Assembly: GCA_044355055.1 (NCBI GenBank)
Contig: JBIKYW010000001.1
Location: 1 to 25,705, forward strand
DNA: 25,705 nt
Direction of reading: 5' to 3'
Source of the DNA: Planctomycetota bacterium
Lineage (GTDB): Bacteria; Planctomycetota; UBA1135; GCA-002686595
Every line of letters starts with the position of its first letter. Position 1 is the first letter of the stretch. The translations under genes and the position numbers were made by a program. Of the stretch, positions 1-8,924 are shown one piece after another. The notes under the pieces are model-generated. The model was not told the DNA's origin. It searched no databases and saw only the letters and a list, made by a program, of their open reading frames with translations.

Positions 1-149
1 TTCGGGGCACCGGTCACGACCGTCACACGATGACCGAGCCGAACCCACTCGCGGGCGTGCTCGTGCAATCGCGTCGCAGGCGCGTTGGTCTCGGGGGCGA
101 AGTTGTCCGAGATGAACAAGATGTTCAGCGAGCGCTTCGAGTGTGTCAT
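1..149 (-). CDS. Glycosyltransferase family 4 (WbuB-like), N-terminal fragment; continues beyond the left edge of the window
   Basis: Not in the ORF track. Manual translation from ATG at 149 gives MTHSKRSLNILFISDNFAPETNAPATRLHEHAREWVRLGHRVTVVTGAP, a typical WbuB-type GT4 N-terminus. The start overlaps the upstream stop (ATGA, 146-149). Confidence 0.85.
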   Translation of the reverse strand, partial: MTHSKRSLNILFISDNFAPETNAPATRLHEHAREWVRLGHRVTVVTGAP

Positions 150-1303
150 GGGCGATGTGCCTCGGTTCGCATGGCCGTGGGGAGCGCGGGAGTGATCGCG
201 TCGTGGCTCAGCGAAGACTTGCTCGCAGGTAGAGGGATGCCTGCAAGCTGGGAGAGCCAGCCTTCCACGCGCGCTGCAGCCTCCTCCGCGGAATGCTCGC
301 GACCGCTCGAGAGCGCGCCGTCGCGGAGCTCTGTGAAGAGACTGGGCTCCTCGGCGAGTCGACGCATGGCGTTGGCGAGACCTTCGACGTCGCGGGGCTC
401 GACCAGCAGCCCGTTCACCGCATGCTGCACGAGCTCCGGAAGCGCCCGCCAACGTGTCGCGACGACCGGAAGACCGTGCTGAAAGGCCTCGATGATGGAG
501 CCCGGTAAGCCCTCTCCAGAGTGATACGTCGGCAAAACGAGGGCATCGTGCTCGGCCAGTAGATCGGAGACATCGCTCGGCGCGACATCGCCGATCCAGC
601 GCGCTCGCGTGGAGCTGCGAAGGAGCGCGACGTCGGTACCGGGCATTGCCGGACCCGCGATGGTCAGCGAGCAGTCGTCCGGAAGTCGCTCGATCGCCGC
701 AAGCGCCTCGCCATAGCCCTTCTCGGGTCGCAGCTGGGCGAGCATCAGGAACTTGCGGCAGCTTGGACTCGCGCGTGGGGCCCGAGACGGAAGTACGCGG
801 GAAGTCGGAAGGTGACGGACTTCGCTGAGCGCCCCGAGCGACTCGCAGAGTGCGCGCGTTTGAAGCAGGACGAGCTCCGCCCGCAAGACTGTGTTCCGCG
901 CGAGCCAGCGCAGCGGCATGCTCTTCGAAGCCAGAGCCTCATCGAGACCGCCCCCGAAAGCACGCGCGATCAGCGGCCGTCCGACGGCCTTTGCAGCGAC
1001 GCTGACCACGGAACCTCCAAGCAGGAAACCGTCGGACGACGCGTTGAACATGATGACATCGTTGGTGCGCCCGAGGCGGTACACCCGTGCTGCGATGCGA
1101 ATGGCGTGCAGGCCGTCGACCAGCCAGCGCTCCCACGCTCGCTTGTGTCCTCGCACGCGAGTGGTGTCGATGATCTCCAAGTCGACGTGTCCGCGCGCAC
1201 GCAGTCGCTCGCCGAGTTGTTGGAATGAGACCTGCGTGCCACCGATGGCGGTTCCCGCCCGCGGAAGAGGTCCCACCAGCAACGCTCGGACACGCCGCGT
1301 CAT
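146..1303 (-). CDS. Glycosyltransferase family 4 (GT-B fold), 385 aa
   Basis: C-terminal part of track ORF 146..2059. Start reassigned to ATG 1303 (MTRRVRALLVGPLP...GGTQVS), which overlaps the amidotransferase stop (ATGA). GT4 motifs: LAQLRPEKG, LVLPTYHSGEGLPGSIIEA (EX7E), GLPVVAT, NGLLV. Confidence 0.9.
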   Translation of the reverse strand: MTRRVRALLVGPLPRAGTAIGGTQVSFQQLGERLRARGHVDLEIIDTTRVRGHKRAWERWLVDGLHAIRIAARVYRLGRTNDVIMFNASSDGFLLGGSVVSVAAKAVGRPLIARAFGGGLDEALASKSMPLRWLARNTVLRAELVLLQTRALCESLGALSEVRHLPTSRVLPSRAPRASPSCRKFLMLAQLRPEKGYGEALAAIERLPDDCSLTIAGPAMPGTDVALLRSSTRARWIGDVAPSDVSDLLAEHDALVLPTYHSGEGLPGSIIEAFQHGLPVVATRWRALPELVQHAVNGLLVEPRDVEGLANAMRRLAEEPSLFTELRDGALSSGREHSAEEAAARVEGWLSQLAGIPLPASKSSLSHDAITPALPTAMRTEAHRP

Positions 1304-3216
1304 GCTGCGACTCCGTAGCGCTGCATCCAACGACCCAGAGAAGCGAGCATCCAAGCCCTGTTCGCCACGTTGCCTTCGCTGAGCCCTGAGCCCTCCTGTG
1401 ACAGAGATCGCGCCTGCTCGAGCGTGCGGCGAAGCTCGCTCTCGCGGAACAGTCCAGCAGCGGGCGTGCCGGGGGCATACAGTGCTTCCAAAAGCTGCCA
1501 GAACTCGTCGTTGAACCAACGATGGAGCGGAAGGCTGAAGCCCTGCTTGCGATGGGAATACACGCACTCGGGCAGCAAGTCTCGGCCCGCTTCGCGCAGG
1601 AGGTACTTGCCTGTCTTGCCGTGGATCTTGTGATCGAGGGGCAAGCGCAGAGCGAACTCGACGACGCGCGGATCGAGAAGCGGCGGCCGCACTTCGAGGC
1701 TCGCCGCCATGCTCATGCGATCGACCTTGGGGAGAATCGCCCCGGGCATGAAGCCGCGGAGCAGAACCAGCATGACGAGCTCCTCGGGCTCGAGGCGCTC
1801 GATGACCTCGGGCTCGAGGTCGACGTCGCGCCGCAGCAGCGCACCGGCGTGAGGATGCGTGCAAAGCCGACTCAGCTCTTCGGGTTGCCACAGCGCACGG
1901 GAACGCCGGAATTGCTCCAGCGGAGAATGCATCGACAAATCGAGGCCCTTGCGTGCTCGCCGTGCCCGTTCCTTCAGCTCGCCTTGCAACAGGGGCGAGA
2001 CGCGCGCGAGCACCGCCGAGCCGACGCGGCGCAGCGGCGCCGGCGTGGTTTCGGACCAAAAGCGCATGCGTGCTGCCCAGAACATGTGGTCGTAGCCGCC
2101 GAAGAGCTCGTCACCGCCGTCGCCAGAGAGCGCGACCTTCACGTGGCGGGCCGCCAGTTGGCACACGGCCAGCGTCGGAATGCACGACGTGTCGCCGAGC
2201 GGCTGACCGACATGGTCGAGAATGGTGTCGAGGAGCGCGGGCGCGAACTCACCCGCCGAGATGCGCAGCTCGTGGTGCTCGGTTCCCAAGTGACGTGCGA
2301 CTTCGCGAGCGAGCGCCGACTCGTCGTAGCGCGGATCGTCGAAGCCGATGGAGAACGACTGGAGTCGGCTGCCGGACTCACGCGAGGCTCGAGCTGCGAA
2401 CGCTGCGACCGTGCTGGAGTCGATGCCGCCGGAAAGAAACACGCCGACCGGCACATCGGCGACCATCTGCGAACGAATCGTCGAGTCGAGGCGTGAGCGG
2501 AGCTCCGCCAAGGCCTCTGCCTCCGGCATCGTTCCGGGCTTCATTTCCAGCTTGTGATACGCACCGATCTCGATCTTGCCATCGCGCCACTTGAGCCAGT
2601 GCCCCGGCTGAAGTTGCTTCACGCCCTCGAGCAGCGTCCAAGGATCTGCGATGTAGCGATCGACGAGCAGCATCTCGAGCGAGCGGTGGTCGAGCTTGCG
2701 CGGGACGTCGGGATGCGCGAGCAGGCTGCGCAACTCGGAGGAGAACACGAGCTCGCCTCGGGGGCCGAGCCAGTAGAAGAGCGGCTTGATTCCGAGCGGA
2801 TCGCGGGCGAGCACGACGCTCCCGTCGCGACGGTCGGCGATGGCGAAGGCGAACATGCCTTGGACGCGCTGCAGAGCTCGTGGGCCAAACTCGATCCACG
2901 CTCGAAGCAGAACCTCAGTGTCCGAGCGAGTGTGGAAGGGATGGCCCTTGGCCCGCAACTCGTCTCGAAGCGCGCCGCAGTCGTAGAGCTCGCCGTTGTA
3001 GACGAGGGTGTGGTGTCCCTCCGTGCTCGTCATGGGCTGGTGCCCATCGCGTAGATCCACGATCGAGAGCCGCCGCATCGCGAGGGCTGCGAAGCCGGTG
3101 TCCGCCGCGCCACCCTCGTCCGGTCCACGATGGTGGAGCGCTGCGTTCATTTCGTGCGCGATGTCGAGCTTTCCAAAGCGCCCAACCGTGTGGACGTAGC
3201 CGTTGATACCGCACAT
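1300..3216 (-). CDS. asnB: Asparagine synthase (glutamine-hydrolysing)-family amidotransferase, probably acting on a polysaccharide, 638 aa
   Basis: Start reassigned to ATG 3216, giving the Ntn N-terminus MCGI. Motifs HRGPD, RRLSIVD, YNGELY, RDPLGIKPL, LSGGIDSS, SGDGGDELFGGY, DRMSMAASLEVRPP, RKQGF. Confidence 0.93.
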   Translation of the reverse strand: MCGINGYVHTVGRFGKLDIAHEMNAALHHRGPDEGGAADTGFAALAMRRLSIVDLRDGHQPMTSTEGHHTLVYNGELYDCGALRDELRAKGHPFHTRSDTEVLLRAWIEFGPRALQRVQGMFAFAIADRRDGSVVLARDPLGIKPLFYWLGPRGELVFSSELRSLLAHPDVPRKLDHRSLEMLLVDRYIADPWTLLEGVKQLQPGHWLKWRDGKIEIGAYHKLEMKPGTMPEAEALAELRSRLDSTIRSQMVADVPVGVFLSGGIDSSTVAAFAARASRESGSRLQSFSIGFDDPRYDESALAREVARHLGTEHHELRISAGEFAPALLDTILDHVGQPLGDTSCIPTLAVCQLAARHVKVALSGDGGDELFGGYDHMFWAARMRFWSETTPAPLRRVGSAVLARVSPLLQGELKERARRARKGLDLSMHSPLEQFRRSRALWQPEELSRLCTHPHAGALLRRDVDLEPEVIERLEPEELVMLVLLRGFMPGAILPKVDRMSMAASLEVRPPLLDPRVVEFALRLPLDHKIHGKTGKYLLREAGRDLLPECVYSHRKQGFSLPLHRWFNDEFWQLLEALYAPGTPAAGLFRESELRRTLEQARSLSQEGSGLSEGNVANRAWMLASLGRWMQRYGVAA

Positions 3217-3217
3217 C

Positions 3218-4567
3218 TCAGGCACCCTCCGCGCGCGGCTGGATCCGGCCGCGACGCATGGCCAAGGCAAGTGTCTCGCCGACGAGCGCGAGCGGGATGA
3301 CGACGAGAGAGATCATGAAGGCCTGCTTGAAGAGCGTTCCGAACTCGTTGCGATGTTGCATCGCCACGTAGAAGACGAAGTAGGGGAGGAGTCGCGCGAC
3401 GAGTCCGTCTGGGCGGAGATCGCGCCGTTGTTCGAGCCACGTGAGCAGTAGTCCGATCGCGCAGCCGAAGAGCGCGGGGCCCACGAGCGAACCGAAGTTC
3501 AGCCAAGCCTCGGCAACGAGGCTGAACGCAGTTCCGCCGCCGCGCGCGGCGAGGTCCGCATAGTTCGAGCGCACGAACTGTTCGCTCAGATAGAGTGGTC
3601 GATCGGGATAGAGGCCGCGCGGCAGGCAGGCTGCGACGCCATCGAGGAGGCTTGCTCCGCCAAGCTCTGCCGCTTCCCGCTCGCGCAGGACCTCGCCCGC
3701 CGTGATGAAGGGATGCGAGAGCTCGGATCCGCCGACCGCCGCCGCGAGAACGAGCTCGCCTTGGGCTTCCAACCGACCGAGCGCTTCGGAGAAGTCACCG
3801 CGGTACACCCCGCGCAAGAGCGCAAACGACTCGAGGGCTGCGTACAGCGCGACACCCGCGATCACCATCCACGGTCGAATGGATCGCAGTTGGAAGTTGC
3901 GCCGAAGTGCAAGAATCGAGGTGTAGCCGAGCACCAAGACAACGGCGTTGGTGCGCACGGAAATGAAGGCGACACTCCAGATGGCGATGGCCGCCGCGAT
4001 TGGCAGAAAGAGGTTCCTCGTCGTGCGCGGGAGGGCGGAGCCTTCGATCCACAGGCAGCCGACGATCATGATCGGCATGCCGAGCTGGAGCGGGCCGAGG
4101 CCGCGGCCGAGCAGGTACTTCAGGGCGTAGTCCTCTCGGTCCGTGAGCGCCGAGAACCCGACCTGTTGGGCATAGGCCGCGTAGAGCGCTAGACCGACGG
4201 CGACGAGCGCCGCGCCCGTAATCAGGTCACGCGTCCCGGCGGCTGTTGAGGGTTCGGCGGCCCTTGGCGCGAGCCAACGCAGCTGGGACGCGAGGAAGAT
4301 TGCGAGGAGCAATCCTGCGGCAAATGCCACGTACTGCGCTTGGGTGGCAAGCACGATCGCGGGCGAGAGCAGATCGAGGTTGCGCCAGCTCGAGGGTTCG
4401 ACGAGCGTCGAGGCCAGTGGATAGAAGCTGCCCACGAGCGCGGTCACGATGAGCGCCAGCGTCGGCAGGAAGAGCGGCGAATGAGTGCGCAGTCGCCAGA
4501 GGGCTGCGACGACGAGGCTCCAGATGGCGAGCACCAGCACCACCGTCATCGGTTCGAGCGAGCTCAT
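3218..4567 (-). CDS. Polytopic membrane protein, probable O-antigen/polysaccharide polymerase (Wzy-like), 449 aa
   Basis: Many hydrophobic segments plus a large late loop ending GGGTAFSLVAEAWLNFG, like the Wzy/O-antigen-ligase 'E.Y.NFG' pattern. Start at ATG 4567 overlaps the flippase stop (ATGA). Lies next to a flippase and GTs. Confidence 0.7.
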   Translation of the reverse strand: MSSLEPMTVVLVLAIWSLVVAALWRLRTHSPLFLPTLALIVTALVGSFYPLASTLVEPSSWRNLDLLSPAIVLATQAQYVAFAAGLLLAIFLASQLRWLAPRAAEPSTAAGTRDLITGAALVAVGLALYAAYAQQVGFSALTDREDYALKYLLGRGLGPLQLGMPIMIVGCLWIEGSALPRTTRNLFLPIAAAIAIWSVAFISVRTNAVVLVLGYTSILALRRNFQLRSIRPWMVIAGVALYAALESFALLRGVYRGDFSEALGRLEAQGELVLAAAVGGSELSHPFITAGEVLREREAAELGGASLLDGVAACLPRGLYPDRPLYLSEQFVRSNYADLAARGGGTAFSLVAEAWLNFGSLVGPALFGCAIGLLLTWLEQRRDLRPDGLVARLLPYFVFYVAMQHRNEFGTLFKQAFMISLVVIPLALVGETLALAMRRGRIQPRAEGA

Positions 4568-5955
4568 GCCAGCTCTCCGAAGCGGACGAGGCACAGCATC
4601 GCCAAGATGGCGAGCATCGCCGCAGCGATGGCGAGTCGTCTGGGAACCGCGAGTTCAGACGGAAGGCGCTTCGCTTCGACGACGATCAACTGCAATTCTG
4701 CCACTCTCGAGCAGAGGTAGGCGATCAAGGCGCCCAGAGCTCCGTGCAACGGGATCGTGATCACTCCGACGGCCAACATGACGACGGCCGCGCGCTGATA
4801 GGCCCGCCGTGTCGTCGCGAAGTCGCCCTGCGCGCGCTGCCACGGCGTGATGAGGAATCCGAACGTGTGAACAAAGACGCCGACCAGCATCAGAACGAAG
4901 AGCGGACGGCTGGCCACGAAGGCAGGACCGAGAAGCTGTCCGAGCAGCACATCGTCGAATGCGAGCAGCCCGAGCAAGCCGATGAAATAAGCGCATACGA
5001 CGAGACTGGCGAGCTGTACGAAGCGGCGTGCAGCGTGCAGCTTGCCGTGCATGGCGATCTGAGTGGCCAGCGTTGGGTAGAGCATTGCGGCGAGGGCCGA
5101 ACTCACGACATGCACGCGCGTCGCGATGTCGTAGGCGCCGCAGTACATGCCGAGTTCTTCTGCCGTCGTCGTGCGTTCCAGCAACACTCGGTCGATCGAG
5201 ACGATCGCGCTCGACGCCAGCGTGAAGCCGAGGAGGTCGATGACAGCGCTGCGATAGCGCTCGAGTTCCGGCGAAGCCCTCAGTGTGCTCCAGCCCGTGA
5301 GACGGCCCCACAGCGGGCCCGTCGACGGCTGTGGCGCGTCCTCGCGGGGCAGCTTGCTTGCGAGCCAGTGATAGGACAACCAAACGATCAGTGCGGCCGC
5401 GACGAAGGGAAGCGCCCAAGTGAGCGGGCCCGCGTGGAAGAGCGAGAGTGCTGCGACTCCGACGAACGCGCCTGCCCAGGCGAAGTTGCGGAGTGCGGTC
5501 ACGGTTCCAGCTCGCCCGGCTACGGCAATCCGCGCGTAGTTGCGGGAGCCGAGACCATGGAGCAGGGTGACGAGCGCCAGCGCGGCCGCTGCGATCGGAT
5601 GGAGCAAGAACGGTCCCACGAGGAGCGCGAGTCCGACGAGCAAGACCGTGGTGAAGCGCGCCAGCGCGTCGAGGTCCTCCCGCCGCGACGTGCCGTGTGA
5701 TTGCTCGTGGATCAGGAGCTGGCGCGCAACGTCCTGATAGGTCACAACCCCCAGCAGGGTCACATAGAGCGAGAACTCGCCGTAGGCGCCCGGACCCAGC
5801 TCTCGACCGAGGATCGGCAGCGCACCCAGACCCGCTGCGGCGAGCGCGGCTTGGCTCGCCAACACCTGTCCCGTTCCCAGCGCCAGCATCGAACGCAGGC
5901 TGCGCGGCTGCGCGGGAGCCGGTCCGGCAGGCAGGGGATGCGGAGAAGCGCTCAT
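4564..5955 (-). CDS. Polysaccharide flippase (Wzx/MOP superfamily), 463 aa
   Basis: C-terminal part of track ORF 4564..6552, start reassigned to ATG 5955. Motifs LPILGRELGPGAYGEF, IDRVLL...EELGMYCGAY, LYPTLA, IPLHGALGA, and many TM segments. Confidence 0.85.
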   Translation of the reverse strand: MSASPHPLPAGPAPAQPRSLRSMLALGTGQVLASQAALAAAGLGALPILGRELGPGAYGEFSLYVTLLGVVTYQDVARQLLIHEQSHGTSRREDLDALARFTTVLLVGLALLVGPFLLHPIAAAALALVTLLHGLGSRNYARIAVAGRAGTVTALRNFAWAGAFVGVAALSLFHAGPLTWALPFVAAALIVWLSYHWLASKLPREDAPQPSTGPLWGRLTGWSTLRASPELERYRSAVIDLLGFTLASSAIVSIDRVLLERTTTAEELGMYCGAYDIATRVHVVSSALAAMLYPTLATQIAMHGKLHAARRFVQLASLVVCAYFIGLLGLLAFDDVLLGQLLGPAFVASRPLFVLMLVGVFVHTFGFLITPWQRAQGDFATTRRAYQRAAVVMLAVGVITIPLHGALGALIAYLCSRVAELQLIVVEAKRLPSELAVPRRLAIAAAMLAILAMLCLVRFGELA

Positions 5956-6063
5956 GACGACGGAGGACGCGCACCGCCGGGGTGCGCAGGACTTTCCACC
6001 GGATCGACCCGCTCTCGGCTTCGCTTGAGCCGTCCAGAGCCTTCGGGGCGTGCGGCGCCGTGT

Positions 6064-6095
6064 TGCAGTTCTGACGTCCCAGTCATGGAACTGCA
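6064..6095. promoter_or_regulatory. Imperfect inverted repeat in the divergent promoter region between the flippase and the sugar transferase
   Basis: TGCAGTTC-TGAC-[GTCCCA]-GTCA-(TG)-GAACTGCA: 12 paired bases with a 2-nt bulge, in the 227-bp intergenic region 5956-6182. Confidence 0.35.
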
Positions 6096-6182
6096 CCGCG
6101 CGCTCAGGCCCGGAGCGCCCCTCAGCCGAAACCCACTCTGCTCCCCCGCGCTCCGCACCACGCTTCGCCCTCGCACCCTTCC

Positions 6183-6941
6183 ATGCCTCGTCTCCACGAG
6201 ACTCAAGCTCAGTCGTTGCCGCTTCGGGAGCTCTTCGCCGTCGAGCCGTCGTCCAAGTTGGCCGCCAACGGTTCGTCTCCGTCTCGGGCGACTGCGCCGG
6301 ACTGGAGCGCGCTCGAGCCGCGCAGTGCGTGGTACCGCCTCGGCCGACCGGCGCTCGACGCCAGTCTGCTCGTGGCGACGCTGCCGCTCGCGATCCCACT
6401 GACGTGTGCAGTCGCCTGCGCGAGCGCCGTCGCATTCGGCTCGGTCCGTCGGGTGTTCTTCGTGCAGCCGCGCGCTGGCCACCGCGGGCGGATCTTCCAG
6501 CTCGTGAAGTTCCGAACCATGAGCGAGCCGAAGGGCACGACCTTCGAAGCATGGAGCACCGGCGATCGGGCGCGCGTGACGCCCTTCGGCCGATTCTTGC
6601 GCAGCACGCACTTGGACGAGCTCCCGCAGCTCTACAACGTCCTGCGCGGCGAGATGAGCTTCATCGGGCCGCGGCCTGAGATGGTCGAGGTCGAGGCTTG
6701 GGCCTCGGACCAGATCCCTGGCTTTACCGAACGACTCGCGATCAAGCCGGGCATCACCGGGCTCGCCCAAGTCACGCAGGGCTACACGCCGCGCGACGTC
6801 GATGCGTATCGGCGCAAGCTCGCCATCAACCGCGAGTACCTCGCGACGCTCTCGATGTCGCGCGATCTTGGGATTGTGGTACGCACGGCGCTGTGGATGC
6901 TCCGTGGCCGAGGCTGGAAGTGGCGCACGGGCTCGAAGTGA
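6183..6941 (+). CDS. Bacterial sugar transferase (initiating polyprenyl-phosphate phosphoglycosyltransferase, WcaJ/PglC/CpsE-like), 252 aa
   Basis: Hallmark motifs FFVQPRAGHRGRIFQLVKFRTM, RVTPFGRFLRSTHLDELPQLYNVLRGEMSFIGPRPE, KPGITGLAQV. Confidence 0.93.
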   Translation: MPRLHETQAQSLPLRELFAVEPSSKLAANGSSPSRATAPDWSALEPRSAWYRLGRPALDASLLVATLPLAIPLTCAVACASAVAFGSVRRVFFVQPRAGHRGRIFQLVKFRTMSEPKGTTFEAWSTGDRARVTPFGRFLRSTHLDELPQLYNVLRGEMSFIGPRPEMVEVEAWASDQIPGFTERLAIKPGITGLAQVTQGYTPRDVDAYRRKLAINREYLATLSMSRDLGIVVRTALWMLRGRGWKWRTGSK

Positions 6942-6998
6942 GCCGAATCTCCACGCACGCCGAGCCGCATCCGTAGCCTTGCGCTACGCTGCAGGGCG

Positions 6999-8924
6999 AT
7001 GGTTGTCGCCGACCCTGCTCCCCGCTGCATCAGCGTGGTCGTGCCCGTCTACAACGAGCGCGAGAACATCGCTGCGTGCCTGCGCGGGCTCGCACGCTCG
7101 CTCGCGGGCGAGCCGCACGAGCTGCTCGTCGTGTACGACTTCGACGAAGACACGACGCTCGAGGGCATCCGCGCGATGGCGGACGTGCCTCCGACGCTGC
7201 GGCTCGTGCGCAATCGCATCGGCAAGGGCGCGGCGAATGCGATTCGGGCTGGCTTCGCCGCCGCGCAGGGCGACGTGGTGGTCACCACCATGGCGGACCT
7301 GAGCGATCCGCCGGAGAAGATCCTCGAGCTCGCGCGCAAGATGCGCGAGAGCGGGGCGGCGGTCGTTGCGGGCTCGCGCTACATGCCAGGCGGTTCGCAG
7401 GAAGGCGGCCCGATCGTGAAGCGAACGCTGTCGCGCGTCGCGGGCCTGTCGCTGCACTGGTTCGCGGGCATCGCGACGCACGACGCGACCAACAACTTCA
7501 AGGCCTATCGTCGCGACTTCCTTCGGAGCATCAAAGTCGAGGCCCAGGGCGCGTTCGACATCGGCCTCGAGCTCAGCATCAAAGCTCACCTCCACGAAGC
7601 CGGCGTCGCCGAGGTTCCAACCTCGTGGCGTGACCGCAGCGCGGGTGAGAGCCGTTTCAAGGTTTGGGCGTGGGCACCGAAGTACCTGCGCTGGTACGTC
7701 GCTGCGATGGCGGAGCCCGCGCTCGTGTGGCTCACGTGGCTCGCTCTGGCGCTCTGGCTCTTTTCAGCGGCCACCTGGAGTTTCCACGGCTCCGCGGGGG
7801 ATCTCGGGCTGTCGTGCATCGCCGCGGGCTTGGGTGCGTCGGCGATCCTGCTCGCGCGACGAATCCGTGGCCGCATGCGCTGGTGGGACGGTGTACTCGC
7901 ATTGCCGTGGACGAACCCGCGCCATGCCGATGCTCTCGAGATCGGGAACGCCAAGCTCGCACTCGGGCTCGCGCTGATCTCGACCGCGCTCTTCCTTGTG
8001 CTCGGCTGCGGGCCGAAGCGTTGCTTGCGAGCGCTCGCGCGGCTCGCCCGAGCGACGGTCTCGATTCAAGGCCTGCAGCTCGCGGCGGCACTCGCGTTCG
8101 CGGTCGTCTTCTGGATTCGCGCACCGGACTCAGGCGTCGATGTGCGATTCGCCCAGCCCGGTCCGCTGTGGTCCCTGCTCACGGCGAGCGGTGAACCGCT
8201 CTCGGAATGGAATCGTGCCGTGCTTTGGGACGGCCTTGTTCGTGGCGCGAGCGCGCTCGTGATCGGGCTCGCGCTGATGACGCTCGGCAAGCGCATCGAA
8301 GCCATCTTCGGAGCCGCGCTGCTGCTTCTCGTGCCGCTCGGACACGACACCCTCGGCGTGCTCACCTGCCTCGCTGCGGGAGTGATGGGCATTCGCAACG
8401 CTCACTCCGGCTGGATGCGCGCGCTTTGCATGACGGTGCTCGCGGCGCTGGCATTCACGAAGGCCATGTTCTTCCCGCTGTGTGTCGCAGCGGCGACGGC
8501 CATCGTCGTCGAACCGTTGCTGCACCGTTCGTGGTGGAGCGCTTCGGTACGCGCGCTCTACTTCGCCGCAGCGATCACGGGTGCATGGATCTTCGCGAGC
8601 ACGCTCGACACCACGCGGCTCGTAGAGCTGCAGCCGGGGCCCATCCGCGCACTCCATGGAGCTTGGTTTGTCGTGCTCTTCGCCTGGGCTCTCGCTGCGT
8701 GGCCTTCCAAGCGCTCCGGCGAGTGCGTCCTCGGTCTCGCGTTGCTGCTCGTTCTGACGCTGGGACTTGCGTCGGGAGTCCCGTCGTTTGGCGTCGACGA
8801 GAGCTACGTCGCGTGCGCAGCGCTGCTCACGCCGATCGAGGTGCGGGATCACCCGGCGTGGCGCAAGGCGCTCGTGCGCGCCGCACCCGCACTGATCGCC
8901 TTGCTCCCGCTGGCGTCTCGCTAG
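6999..8924 (+). CDS. GT2 (DPM1/ArnC/GtrB-like polyprenol-phosphate glycosyltransferase) fused to a ~400-aa polytopic membrane domain, 641 aa
   Basis: N-terminal ~240 aa: ISVVVPVYNERENI, VVYDFDED, GKGAANAIRAG, MADLSDPPE, VAGSRYMPGG, DATNNFKAYRR, EVPTSWRDRSAGESRF. The remainder is highly hydrophobic. Its stop overlaps the convergent gene's stop (CTAG, 8921-8924). Confidence 0.8.
   Translation: MVVADPAPRCISVVVPVYNERENIAACLRGLARSLAGEPHELLVVYDFDEDTTLEGIRAMADVPPTLRLVRNRIGKGAANAIRAGFAAAQGDVVVTTMADLSDPPEKILELARKMRESGAAVVAGSRYMPGGSQEGGPIVKRTLSRVAGLSLHWFAGIATHDATNNFKAYRRDFLRSIKVEAQGAFDIGLELSIKAHLHEAGVAEVPTSWRDRSAGESRFKVWAWAPKYLRWYVAAMAEPALVWLTWLALALWLFSAATWSFHGSAGDLGLSCIAAGLGASAILLARRIRGRMRWWDGVLALPWTNPRHADALEIGNAKLALGLALISTALFLVLGCGPKRCLRALARLARATVSIQGLQLAAALAFAVVFWIRAPDSGVDVRFAQPGPLWSLLTASGEPLSEWNRAVLWDGLVRGASALVIGLALMTLGKRIEAIFGAALLLLVPLGHDTLGVLTCLAAGVMGIRNAHSGWMRALCMTVLAALAFTKAMFFPLCVAAATAIVVEPLLHRSWWSASVRALYFAAAITGAWIFASTLDTTRLVELQPGPIRALHGAWFVVLFAWALAAWPSKRSGECVLGLALLLVLTLGLASGVPSFGVDESYVACAALLTPIEVRDHPAWRKALVRAAPALIALLPLASR

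Noticed and set aside
6054-6067. Sigma-54-like promoter (GG...TTGCA)
   Set aside because: GG to GC spacing is 9 nt rather than the required 10, and the -24 box is poor.
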